A stretch of DNA of 64,000 nt from an uncultured Bacteroidales bacterium (GTDB lineage: Bacteria; Bacteroidota; Bacteroidia; Bacteroidales; WCHB1-69). The stretch spans positions 7,954-71,953 of the forward strand of contig ONHS01000003.1 of NCBI GenBank assembly GCA_900317715.1. Direction: 5' to 3'. A model generated the notes under the pieces. That model was not told the DNA's origin. It did no database searches and saw only the letters and a program-made list of their open reading frames with translations. Numbering within the stretch: the first letter of the stretch is position 1; each line of letters begins with the position of its first letter. The position numbers and the translations under genes are program-made. Of the stretch, positions 9,212 to 16,168 are shown piece after piece.

Positions 9212-9234
9212 GTAATACCACCCCGAAAAAAACG

Positions 9235-9242
9235 TATTTTTG
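9235..9242 (+). promoter_or_regulatory. -7 promoter box TATTTTTG
   Basis: Exact TAnnTTTG followed by GCCGC, 43 nt upstream of ATG 9285. Confidence 0.55.
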
Positions 9243-9284
9243 CCGCTTCAAAAAATCAGACAACGGAGAAGGATTTATTTTACT

Positions 9285-10082
9285 ATGGCTAAAAAATCAA
9301 AGGCAAGAAAATTTTGGAAGATATTCGGCAAAACCGTTCTTATATTATTTATAATCAGCATTTTACTCCCAATATTATATCGTTGGGTCAATCCGCCTGT
9401 AACCACATTTCAATTGGTACAAGCCGTTCATAACCGTACCGGCATCCATAAGAAATGGGTACCCATTGAGAAAATCTCTCCCTACATGTACCGCGCCGCC
9501 ATCGCGTCGGAAGACAACTACTTCCTCGGGCACCGCGGCTTTGATGTCGTTGCGTTGAACACCGTAATGGAAGAGCGCAAAAGTGGTCGCAGACACCGTG
9601 GCGGCAGTACCATTTCACAACAAACCGCCAAAAACGTATTCTGCTGGCCGAAAAGCTCTTGGGTGCGCAAAGGGGTTGAAACCTATTTCACCTTCCTGAT
9701 CGAGACTTTCTGGTCGAAAGAACGCATCATGGAAGTTTATTTGAACGTGATTGAGATGGGACCCGGCATCTATGGTTCCGAAAAAGCAGCGCAAACCTAT
9801 TTCAACTGCCATGCCTCTCAACTCACAGCACACCAAGCGGCTTTGATTACCGCCTGTTATCCTAGTCCGCAAAAGCGCAATCCCGCCAAACCCACCTCCT
9901 ACCTGCTCGGTCGTGCCGCCAATATTGAAGCTAAAATGGCCAGATATGGAACGCCCAAATTCACAAAAGAATACTGCGACCAAGTCAGGGGACGTTACTT
10001 GGTTGCCGTGGCAAAGATGGAAATGCGAAAAGACAAATCGTCAAATTCGAAGAAAAAGACAAAAACAAAAAAACAGCGGTAG
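9285..10082 (+). CDS. mtgA: Monofunctional biosynthetic peptidoglycan transglycosylase
   Basis: The track start at 9240 is TTG. ATG 9285 gives MAKKSKARKF plus a TM segment. GT51 motifs ASEDNYFLGHRGFD and GGSTISQQTAKN are present. Lysine-rich C-terminal tail. Confidence 0.87.
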   Translation: MAKKSKARKFWKIFGKTVLILFIISILLPILYRWVNPPVTTFQLVQAVHNRTGIHKKWVPIEKISPYMYRAAIASEDNYFLGHRGFDVVALNTVMEERKSGRRHRGGSTISQQTAKNVFCWPKSSWVRKGVETYFTFLIETFWSKERIMEVYLNVIEMGPGIYGSEKAAQTYFNCHASQLTAHQAALITACYPSPQKRNPAKPTSYLLGRAANIEAKMARYGTPKFTKEYCDQVRGRYLVAVAKMEMRKDKSSNSKKKTKTKKQR

Positions 10083-10095
10083 ATGCTACCGCTGT
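10058..10095 (-). terminator. Rho-independent terminator of the lpxD-lpxC operon, embedded in the 3' end of the convergent mtgA
   Basis: On the minus strand: ACAGCGGTA-gcatc-TACCGCTGT (9-bp perfect stem) followed by TTTTTTTGTTTTTG. Lies 56 nt after the lpxC stop. Confidence 0.7.
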
Positions 10096-10150
10096 CCAAA
10101 ACCATTAACCTATGTAAGACAATGAAAATTAATTCATAATCATTTTACTC

Positions 10151-11080
10151 TTACGCAGGTTGTATCAAAAAGTTACAACTTTCCATAATTTTTTTTGCGA
10201 ATGATGTATTGGCGAAGTGTCCAGGACGATTCGCGATGATCTCCGCACGCAACGGAACCCCCAGTAAATAAAGGTCTCCGATGAGATCCAGGAGCTTGTG
10301 GCGCGCCGGTTCATTCGGGTGACGCAAGTTGGTATTATTCAAAATATGGTCGGGTGTAACGGTGATGTCTTTCTTATGGAAGAAATCAGCCAGCTGGGTT
10401 AACACCTTGTTGTCCGGCACTTTATCCACAAAAACGATGGCGTTGTCAAGGTCGCCGCCACGCACCAAATTATTCTGGATCAGGAATTGCAACTCGTCCA
10501 AAAAGACGAATGTGCGGCAGTTGAAAACATCCGGAACGAAATTTTCCAGATTGTCCAACACAGCCTGTTGTTCGGCCAGCACCTTCGTACCATAATCGAC
10601 ATTCACGGTCATTTTGAAACGTTCTGCGGGCTTGATGGTCAGCTCAATATCCTTTTCAGGCACAGAAAAAGAGATTTCCTCCGTCACAATGCCGACCTTC
10701 TTGGGCTGGTCAAGGGTTTTGAGTCCTACATCTTTCAACATCTCCACATAAATGCGGGAACTGCCGTCCAGGATGGGGGTTTCAGGACCGACCGTTTTCA
10801 CGAGCACATTGTCGATACCAAGGCCTGCCATTGCAGCCATAAGGTGCTCAATAGTATGTACTTGCGCGTCACCTTCTCTGATAGAGGTGCCGCGAGATGT
10901 GTCAAAGACCGTTAACGGAGTGGCCTTGACCACAGGGTTTCCAGGCAGGTCGGTACGCTCGAAACAGATGCCCGTATCAACGGCCGCAGGCACGAAAGTT
11001 ACCGTCACCTGTTGACCCGTATGTAAACCTCTCCCCGATACAGAAACCGGGGAGGCAATGGTGGTTTGCAATCTTGTCAT
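10151..11080 (-). CDS. lpxC: UDP-3-O-acyl-N-acetylglucosamine deacetylase, stand-alone (no FabZ domain)
   Basis: ATG start. LpxC motifs present (VSGRGLHTG, HTIEHLMAAMAGLGIDN, HKLLDLIGDLYLLG). At 309 aa it is a complete LpxC domain only. Confidence 0.9.
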   Translation of the reverse strand: MTRLQTTIASPVSVSGRGLHTGQQVTVTFVPAAVDTGICFERTDLPGNPVVKATPLTVFDTSRGTSIREGDAQVHTIEHLMAAMAGLGIDNVLVKTVGPETPILDGSSRIYVEMLKDVGLKTLDQPKKVGIVTEEISFSVPEKDIELTIKPAERFKMTVNVDYGTKVLAEQQAVLDNLENFVPDVFNCRTFVFLDELQFLIQNNLVRGGDLDNAIVFVDKVPDNKVLTQLADFFHKKDITVTPDHILNNTNLRHPNEPARHKLLDLIGDLYLLGVPLRAEIIANRPGHFANTSFAKKIMESCNFLIQPA

Positions 11081-11085
11081 GAAAA

Positions 11086-12108
11086 TTACTGATTTTTCTT
11101 TTGGTTGTTTATATATTGTTGATATAGTTCGGGTAATTTGCGGCGCAACACGATGAGTTTGCGCTCTTCAGAAGCCGGAACGGCCGGACTTCCAAGATAG
11201 ACGCCCTGCTTGAGGGAGTGCGTCACGCCAGACTGTGCTCCGATGATGGTGCCATCGTCGATGGTGATATGCCCGGAGATGCCCGCTTGGCCAGCTACAA
11301 TGCAGCGGCTGCCGAGTTTCGCGGAACCCGCCACGCCTGCCTGAGCGGCAAAAGCGGTACCCTCGCCCACCGTGACATTGTGTGCAATCTGCACCAAATT
11401 GTCGATCTTCACGTGGTCGTGGATGCGCGTAGAGCCCATCGTCGCACGGTCGATGCAGGTATTCGCACCAATCTCCACATGATTGCCGATTTCCACGTTG
11501 CCAATCTGCGGAATTTTGAGGTATTCGCCGTTCTGGGCAGCGAAGCCGAAGCCGTCGGCGCCGATAACCGCCCCAGCGTGCAGGATGCAGTCCGTACCGA
11601 TGTGGCACTCCTCATAGACCTTCACGCCCGCATAGAGCGTGGTACGCGCACCGATACGCACGCGGTCGCCGATGACCGTCTGCGGGTAGATGCTTGCGCC
11701 GTCGCCGATTTCAGCGCCGTCGCCGATGCTCACGAACTCGCCGATATAGACGTTCTGCCCGATTTTGGCAGTCGGGGAGATGCACGCCTTGTCGGAGATG
11801 CCGGTCTTGCGCGGTTTGTTCTCCTGATAGAAATTCAGCAGTTGCGCGAAGGCGAGGTAGGAATTCGCCACCTTGATGAGGGTGCAGGGCACCTCTTGTT
11901 CAGGGACAAAATCCTTGTTGACGATCGCAGCAGTGGCTTTCGTCGTGTATATATATTGTGTGTATTTCGGATTGGAAAGGAAGGTCAAGCCGCCGGGCAC
12001 GCCCTCTTCGATTTTGCATATTGTAGTGATTTCAGCGTTGGGATCTCCGATGATCTCGGCGGAAATCAATCCTGCAATTTGAGCTACGGAATACTTCATA
12101 TCTGACAT
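11086..12108 (-). CDS. lpxD: UDP-3-O-acylglucosamine N-acyltransferase
   Basis: ATG start. N-terminal LpxD domain followed by long left-handed beta-helix hexapeptide repeats. Stop is 5 nt before the lpxC start. Confidence 0.9.
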   Translation of the reverse strand: MSDMKYSVAQIAGLISAEIIGDPNAEITTICKIEEGVPGGLTFLSNPKYTQYIYTTKATAAIVNKDFVPEQEVPCTLIKVANSYLAFAQLLNFYQENKPRKTGISDKACISPTAKIGQNVYIGEFVSIGDGAEIGDGASIYPQTVIGDRVRIGARTTLYAGVKVYEECHIGTDCILHAGAVIGADGFGFAAQNGEYLKIPQIGNVEIGNHVEIGANTCIDRATMGSTRIHDHVKIDNLVQIAHNVTVGEGTAFAAQAGVAGSAKLGSRCIVAGQAGISGHITIDDGTIIGAQSGVTHSLKQGVYLGSPAVPASEERKLIVLRRKLPELYQQYINNQKKNQ

Positions 12109-12119
12109 TTTTCAGGCGG

Positions 12120-12127
12120 CAAAAGTA
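12120..12127 (-). promoter_or_regulatory. -7 promoter box TACTTTTG (minus strand) for lpxD
   Basis: Exact TAnnTTTG followed by GCCGCC. Very short leader before ATG 12108. Confidence 0.5.
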
Positions 12128-12146
12128 CACTTTTTTTCGTTATGAC

Positions 12147-12179
12147 AAGGTAGGGGCGAATAATCATTCGCCCTACCTT
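12147..12179. repeat. REP-like hairpin, GTAGGGGCGAA...TTCGCCC(C)TAC family
   Basis: AAGGTAGGGGCGAA-taatca-TTCGCCCTACCTT, a 13-bp stem with one bulge. Confidence 0.8.
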
Positions 12180-12233
12180 TAGCCAACAGCCAAAGTTTTT
12201 TTTCGAAGGTGTTGTGCATATCAAAAAAAAGTG

Positions 12234-12241
12234 TATTTTTG
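12234..12241 (+). promoter_or_regulatory. -7 promoter box TATTTTTG for tRNA-Ser
   Basis: Exact TAnnTTTG followed by GCCGCC, 25 nt upstream of the tRNA 5' end. It is an inverted near-copy of the lpxD promoter segment. Confidence 0.55.
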
Positions 12242-12266
12242 CCGCCGATTTCAGAAATGAAACCAC

Positions 12267-12353
12267 GGAGAGGTGGGTGAGTGGCTGAAACCACCAGTTT
12301 GCTAAACTGACGAAGGGGTAACTCTTCCGCGAGTTCGAATCTCGCTCTCTCCG
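12267..12353 (+). tRNA. tRNA-Ser (anticodon GCU), class II with a long variable arm; no encoded CCA
   Basis: Folded by hand. Acceptor stem GGAGAGG/TCTCTCC (one G-U pair). Anticodon loop TTGCTAA. Variable arm GAAGGGGTAACTCTTC. T-arm GCGAG-TTCGAAT-CTCGC. Discriminator G. Confidence 0.9.
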
Positions 12354-12360
12354 CGACCTT

Positions 12361-12388
12361 GTAGGGGCGAAAGATTTTTCGCCCCTAC
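12361..12388 (+). terminator. Perfect 12-bp hairpin (GTAGGGGCGAAA-gatt-TTTCGCCCCTAC) 8 nt after tRNA-Ser; probable terminator or processing hairpin, REP family
   Basis: Read directly. Same family as the hairpin at 12147-12179. Only a weak T tract follows. Confidence 0.55.
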
Positions 12389-12413
12389 GTTCGTTTAAAA
12401 CCCACCTCACCCT

Positions 12414-12448
12414 ATTCATCATTCATCATTCTACATTCTTCATTCCGC
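12414..12448. repeat. Degenerate heptamer array (ATTCATC family)
   Basis: Five units: ATTCATC ATTCATC ATTCTAC ATTCTTC ATTCCGC. Confidence 0.85.
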
Positions 12449-12462
12449 ATTGACAAATTCCG

Positions 12463-12470
12463 TATCTTTG
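12463..12470 (+). promoter_or_regulatory. -7 promoter box TATCTTTG
   Basis: Exact TAnnTTTG 20 nt upstream of ATG 12490. Confidence 0.5.
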
Positions 12471-12489
12471 CCCCCAAATTATCACTATT

Positions 12490-13209
12490 ATGGATTCCGC
12501 AATGAATACGAACCCGTACTTGTCTCCCAAAATGAAGATGGCTGATGCTATCAATCAGTACCACAGCCTGTTAACCGTGCTCCCGCGACTCGGCATTCCC
12601 CTTGGTTTTGGCGAGAAAAGCATAGAACAGCTCTGCACCGAACAGCACGTTTCGCTGCCGCTCTTCACCCTTATCAGCCGCGTCTATATCCAAACCGACT
12701 ACTACCCCTCCATCGAGGAGCTGAGACAATGTCCCATGAACGACATCCTGCAGTATCTGCAACAATCTCATCAAGACTACTTGGAGAACAAATTTCCTCA
12801 TATCGAGCAGCATTTCAACGCGTTGCTTGAGCCGATGGATAAGAAATACAGCACGCTGATCGTCAATTTCTACAAGGAATTCAAAAAGGAGGTGGTGAAG
12901 CATTTCCAATATGAGGAGAAAGTTGTATTTCCTTATATGCGGCAGATATTATCTGAAAATGAGACAGATAACGGCGAACATCACCACAAATCCGCGTTCC
13001 AACAGCAGCACGATGACATTGAGGACACCCTCAACGACCTCACCAATCTGTTGCTGAAATACATTCCTGCGGAGGTTTCTTCCTCGGAACGTGTTGATAT
13101 GTTGTTAGATATGTACGCGCTTTCCAACGACATCGGGAAGCACGCCATGATGGAAGACCGCATTTTGCTGCCCTATATCCAGTACTTAGAATCTCAGAGC
13201 CATGATTAA
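12490..13209 (+). CDS. Hemerythrin-like (HHE cation-binding, RIC/ScdA-like) domain protein
   Basis: ATG start. Repeated His/Glu/Asp helix motifs (SHQDYLENKFPHIEQH, KHFQYEEKVVFPY, HDDIEDTLNDL, KHAMMEDRILLPY) typical of di-iron hemerythrin-like four-helix bundles. The family assignment is tentative. Confidence 0.6.
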   Translation: MDSAMNTNPYLSPKMKMADAINQYHSLLTVLPRLGIPLGFGEKSIEQLCTEQHVSLPLFTLISRVYIQTDYYPSIEELRQCPMNDILQYLQQSHQDYLENKFPHIEQHFNALLEPMDKKYSTLIVNFYKEFKKEVVKHFQYEEKVVFPYMRQILSENETDNGEHHHKSAFQQQHDDIEDTLNDLTNLLLKYIPAEVSSSERVDMLLDMYALSNDIGKHAMMEDRILLPYIQYLESQSHD

Positions 13210-13792
13210 GATCGCCATTGCTGAACCTTCACAGATGCTGCGCAACGGCCTCGCCGACCTCTTGCGCGACGTGCCCGACACGGAGGTGGTCTTCTCCACG
13301 GACAACCTGAACGCATTGTTTTCCAGAATGCCGGCGTTGCATGCGGACATTCTGATTATCAACCCGTTGCTCTTCGAGTACAGCCACCGCGCCACGCTCC
13401 GCGCCGAATTCGACAACCATCCCGAACTGCGCCTCATCGCTCTCGTCACCTCTTACCTCGAATCCCAGCATCTCCGCCAGTTCTCCGGCATCATCGAACT
13501 CAACGACGACCTCCAGCGCGTGAAATCGACCATCAACCAGGTGGTCAACACCCTCCAATCCGACGGCGACGAACCTGACACCGACCCCCTCTCCGACCGC
13601 GAAAAAGAGGTCCTCATCTGCCTCTCCAAAGGTCTGAAAAACAACGAAATAGCAGATACTCTCAACATCTCCGTCCACACCGTCATCACCCACCGCAAAA
13701 ACATCGTCCGCAAAACCGGCATCAAATCCGTCGCGGCGCTGACGGTATATGCGATATTGAACAATTTGATTGAAGAAAAAGACATCATTTAG
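13202..13792 (+). CDS. LuxR/FixJ-family DNA-binding regulator with a degenerate (pseudo-)receiver domain
   Basis: ATG overlaps the upstream stop by 8 nt (ATGATTAA). C-terminal LuxR HTH (LSDREKEVLICLSKGLKNNEIADTLNISVHTVITHRKNI). The N-terminal REC-like fold lacks the acidic pocket (IAIAEPS instead of DD; ILIINP instead of the phospho-Asp motif). Confidence 0.8.
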   Translation: MIKIAIAEPSQMLRNGLADLLRDVPDTEVVFSTDNLNALFSRMPALHADILIINPLLFEYSHRATLRAEFDNHPELRLIALVTSYLESQHLRQFSGIIELNDDLQRVKSTINQVVNTLQSDGDEPDTDPLSDREKEVLICLSKGLKNNEIADTLNISVHTVITHRKNIVRKTGIKSVAALTVYAILNNLIEEKDII

Positions 13793-13985
13793 TTAGCAGT
13801 TAGCAGTTAGTAGTTAGTAGTTAGCAGTTTATGCCGAAAGAGCCACTATATATTAAACTACTTCCTTGAGCAGCCCCGCTAGGGGCAAGAGCTAGGTAGC
13901 CAGGGGTGAGCGCAGCGAAACCCCTGGGACGGATGACGACGATGACACGATGATGCGATGAATGACGATGATGAATAACGAATAC
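13793..13985 (+). repeat. Structured intergenic repeat (MITE/REP-like), copy A: TTAGCAG/TTAGTAG heptamers, a ~105-nt core with two stem-loops, then a GATGA-rich tail
   Basis: Core 13828-13932 is near-identical to 15944-16046 and, in inverse orientation, similar to 39261-39368. Stem-loops GCCCC-gcta-GGGGC and CCAGGGG-n14-CCCCTGG. Confidence 0.85.
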
Positions 13986-13994
13986 CCAGACAAT

Positions 13995-15914
13995 ATGAAT
14001 AAAATAATCACCCTAATTATCACATTATGCCTCGCGTGGTCGATGGCCACCGCGCAGGCCCCCGACCCCTACGCCGGTTACGACCGCGTGACCCTCTATG
14101 ACAGCATGACCGTGCGCATGGAGGAGAACGGTCTCAGCCACTACCTCAACCATCAGCGTTACAGAGTGTTGAGTGATGTTGGCTGCCGCGACAACAACAC
14201 GATCATCGTCGATTACGACCCGCTGTCAGCCTACTGCGAAATCCGCGACGTGGTCATCTACCGCCACGATGGCACGGAGGAGCACCCCGATTTCATGGTG
14301 TGCGACTACCCTGCCCCCGCCCACATGATCTATTGGGGCGCACGGCAGAAGATGGTCGCCCTCGGTCGCCTCGAAATTGGCGACGAGGTGGAATTCCTCA
14401 CCTACAAGAAAGGGTTTACCTACGCGCTGCTGCAGGGCGAGGACCCCGACGCGAAGTACATTCCGCCCATGCGCGGCCACTTCTACGACATCGTCCCCTT
14501 TTGGAGCAGTCAGCCCGTGAAGGAGAAAGTGTATCAAGTCAGTGTGCTGACCAACAAGAATTTGCAGTACAAGATCTACAACGGGAATCTTGCCGTGAAA
14601 ACCACGAAGGATGGCGACCGCACCCTCTTCACCTTCTCAAGCACGGACTATTTCCCGTTGAAGACCCCGCGCTACACCGTGGCCAACAACGACATTGAGC
14701 CAAAGCTCATCGTGACCACCGCGCAAAATTGGGAGGCTAAGTCGATGTGGTTTTACGGCGTAAACGAAGATTTTGGCAGTTTCGAGGCCACGCCGGAAAT
14801 CCAGGCCAAGGTCAACGAGCTGCTGAAGCCGGCCAAGACCGAAAACGACAGTTTGGACATCCTCACGCACTGGGTGGCCGACAACGTGCGCTACTCCGGC
14901 ATCTCGATGGGCGAAGGCGAGGGATTCACGCTCCACAAGTGCGAGATGACCTTCCGCGACCGCTGTGGTGTCTGCAAGGACAAGGCTGGCATGCTCATCG
15001 GCATGTTGCGGGCGGCGGGCTTCAAGGCCTACGCTGCCATGACGATGGCCGGCGAGCGCATCGAGGACATCCCCGCCGACCAATTCAACCATTGCATCAC
15101 GGTGGTACAGCGTCGCAACGGCAACTACCAACTTTTGGATCCCACGTGGGTTCCGGGCGTGCGCGGCGAACTCTGGTCCAGCGCGGAACAGCAACAGAAC
15201 TACCTGATGGGACTGCCTAAAGGCTCGAAGTTGGGACTTACCCCCGTCTCCGACCCGAAGAACCACTACGTGCGCATGACCGCCCAGACCGAAGTCACCA
15301 AAAAGGGCTCGCTCAAGGGCACCGTCACCATCACCGCCGACCGGCAGAGCGACCGCACCGTGCGCGGTGTCTTCTACGGCTTCCGCACCGAATGGCGACG
15401 CAATGTGGAAGAGATGCTCTATGCGCAGTACCCCAACGCGAAACTCAAAAGCGTGAAATACACCAGCGAGGACGACTACCTCAAACAACCGGTAAGCATC
15501 ACCTACACGTTCGAAATCCCTGACTACGCGATTGTTACGGACAACGAGGTGATCGCCACGCCCTTCCTCGCCAACGGCTTCTACACCTTCGCCATGCGTC
15601 ACCTCTTCTACGACATCAGCTTGGAGAAGCGCGACTACCCCTTCACTGACCGTTGCTCCCGCTACGTCGCCATCAACGAAACGATGAAGGTGCCATCGGG
15701 TTACACCCGCGTGAGCACGCCCCAATCGCAGCAGTTCGTCACCCCAACCATCTCGTTCAAAGGCGGTTACCAAATCGGCTACAACATGGTCACCTTCACC
15801 GAAAACATCACCCTCGGCAAGCGCGTCTATGAGGCTTCCGAATGGCCCTCTTTCCGCAAAGCCGTGCAATGCCAACGAGGGTATATGGGGAATCCGGTGG
15901 TGTTCATCAAATAG
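13995..15914 (+). CDS. Exported DUF3857-like / transglutaminase-like cysteine-peptidase-fold protein
   Basis: The track start at 13962 lies in the GATGA repeat. ATG 13995 gives a signal peptide MNKIITLIITLCLAWSMATA|QAP. Transglutaminase core Cys (GVCKDKAGMLIGMLRAAG), then His (FNHCITV) and Asp (LLDPTW). GC-rich gene. Confidence 0.78.
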   Translation: MNKIITLIITLCLAWSMATAQAPDPYAGYDRVTLYDSMTVRMEENGLSHYLNHQRYRVLSDVGCRDNNTIIVDYDPLSAYCEIRDVVIYRHDGTEEHPDFMVCDYPAPAHMIYWGARQKMVALGRLEIGDEVEFLTYKKGFTYALLQGEDPDAKYIPPMRGHFYDIVPFWSSQPVKEKVYQVSVLTNKNLQYKIYNGNLAVKTTKDGDRTLFTFSSTDYFPLKTPRYTVANNDIEPKLIVTTAQNWEAKSMWFYGVNEDFGSFEATPEIQAKVNELLKPAKTENDSLDILTHWVADNVRYSGISMGEGEGFTLHKCEMTFRDRCGVCKDKAGMLIGMLRAAGFKAYAAMTMAGERIEDIPADQFNHCITVVQRRNGNYQLLDPTWVPGVRGELWSSAEQQQNYLMGLPKGSKLGLTPVSDPKNHYVRMTAQTEVTKKGSLKGTVTITADRQSDRTVRGVFYGFRTEWRRNVEEMLYAQYPNAKLKSVKYTSEDDYLKQPVSITYTFEIPDYAIVTDNEVIATPFLANGFYTFAMRHLFYDISLEKRDYPFTDRCSRYVAINETMKVPSGYTRVSTPQSQQFVTPTISFKGGYQIGYNMVTFTENITLGKRVYEASEWPSFRKAVQCQRGYMGNPVVFIK

Positions 15915-16090
15915 TTAGCAATTAGCAGTTAGTAGTTAGCAGTTCATGCTGAAAGCTCCCACATATATTCAACTACTTCCTTGAGCAGCCCCGCTAGGGG
16001 CAAGAGCTCGGTAGCCAGGGGTGAGCGCAGCGAAACCCCTGGAACGAATGGCGATGATGAAGCGATGAATGATGCGATGAATGACGATAA
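15915..16090 (+). repeat. Structured intergenic repeat, copy B
   Basis: Begins immediately after stop TAG 15912-15914. Same architecture and orientation as copy A. Confidence 0.85.
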
Positions 16091-16165
16091 AATAATTATG
16101 CATTATGAATTACAAATTATGAATTTAATTGTGCATTATGCATTATGAATTATGAATTTATAAAG
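16091..16165. repeat. Degenerate heptamer array (ATTATGA / ATTATGC family)
   Basis: Read directly. TGA at 7-nt spacing on the + strand. Overlaps the spurious TTG/ATG-extended start of the next gene. Confidence 0.85.
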
Positions 16166-16168
16166 AAC

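Noticed and set aside
11218-12105. A 295-aa + strand ORF inside lpxD.
   Set aside because: It is the antisense frame of the hexapeptide-repeat region. Such repeats commonly keep antisense frames open, and it has no motifs.
12096-12422. A 108-aa minus-strand ORF, plus 12112-12294.
   Set aside because: It runs antisense through tRNA-Ser, two REP hairpins and a promoter region, so it is an artefact of stop-poor repeats.
14637-15875. A 412-aa minus-strand ORF, plus 14226-14537 and 14747-15220, overlapping the DUF3857/transglutaminase-like gene.
   Set aside because: These are antisense or alternative frames of a GC-rich gene. The translation is rich in G/A/V/H/R and low in complexity, with no motifs. 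The + frame has a signal peptide and a Cys/His/Asp transglutaminase core.
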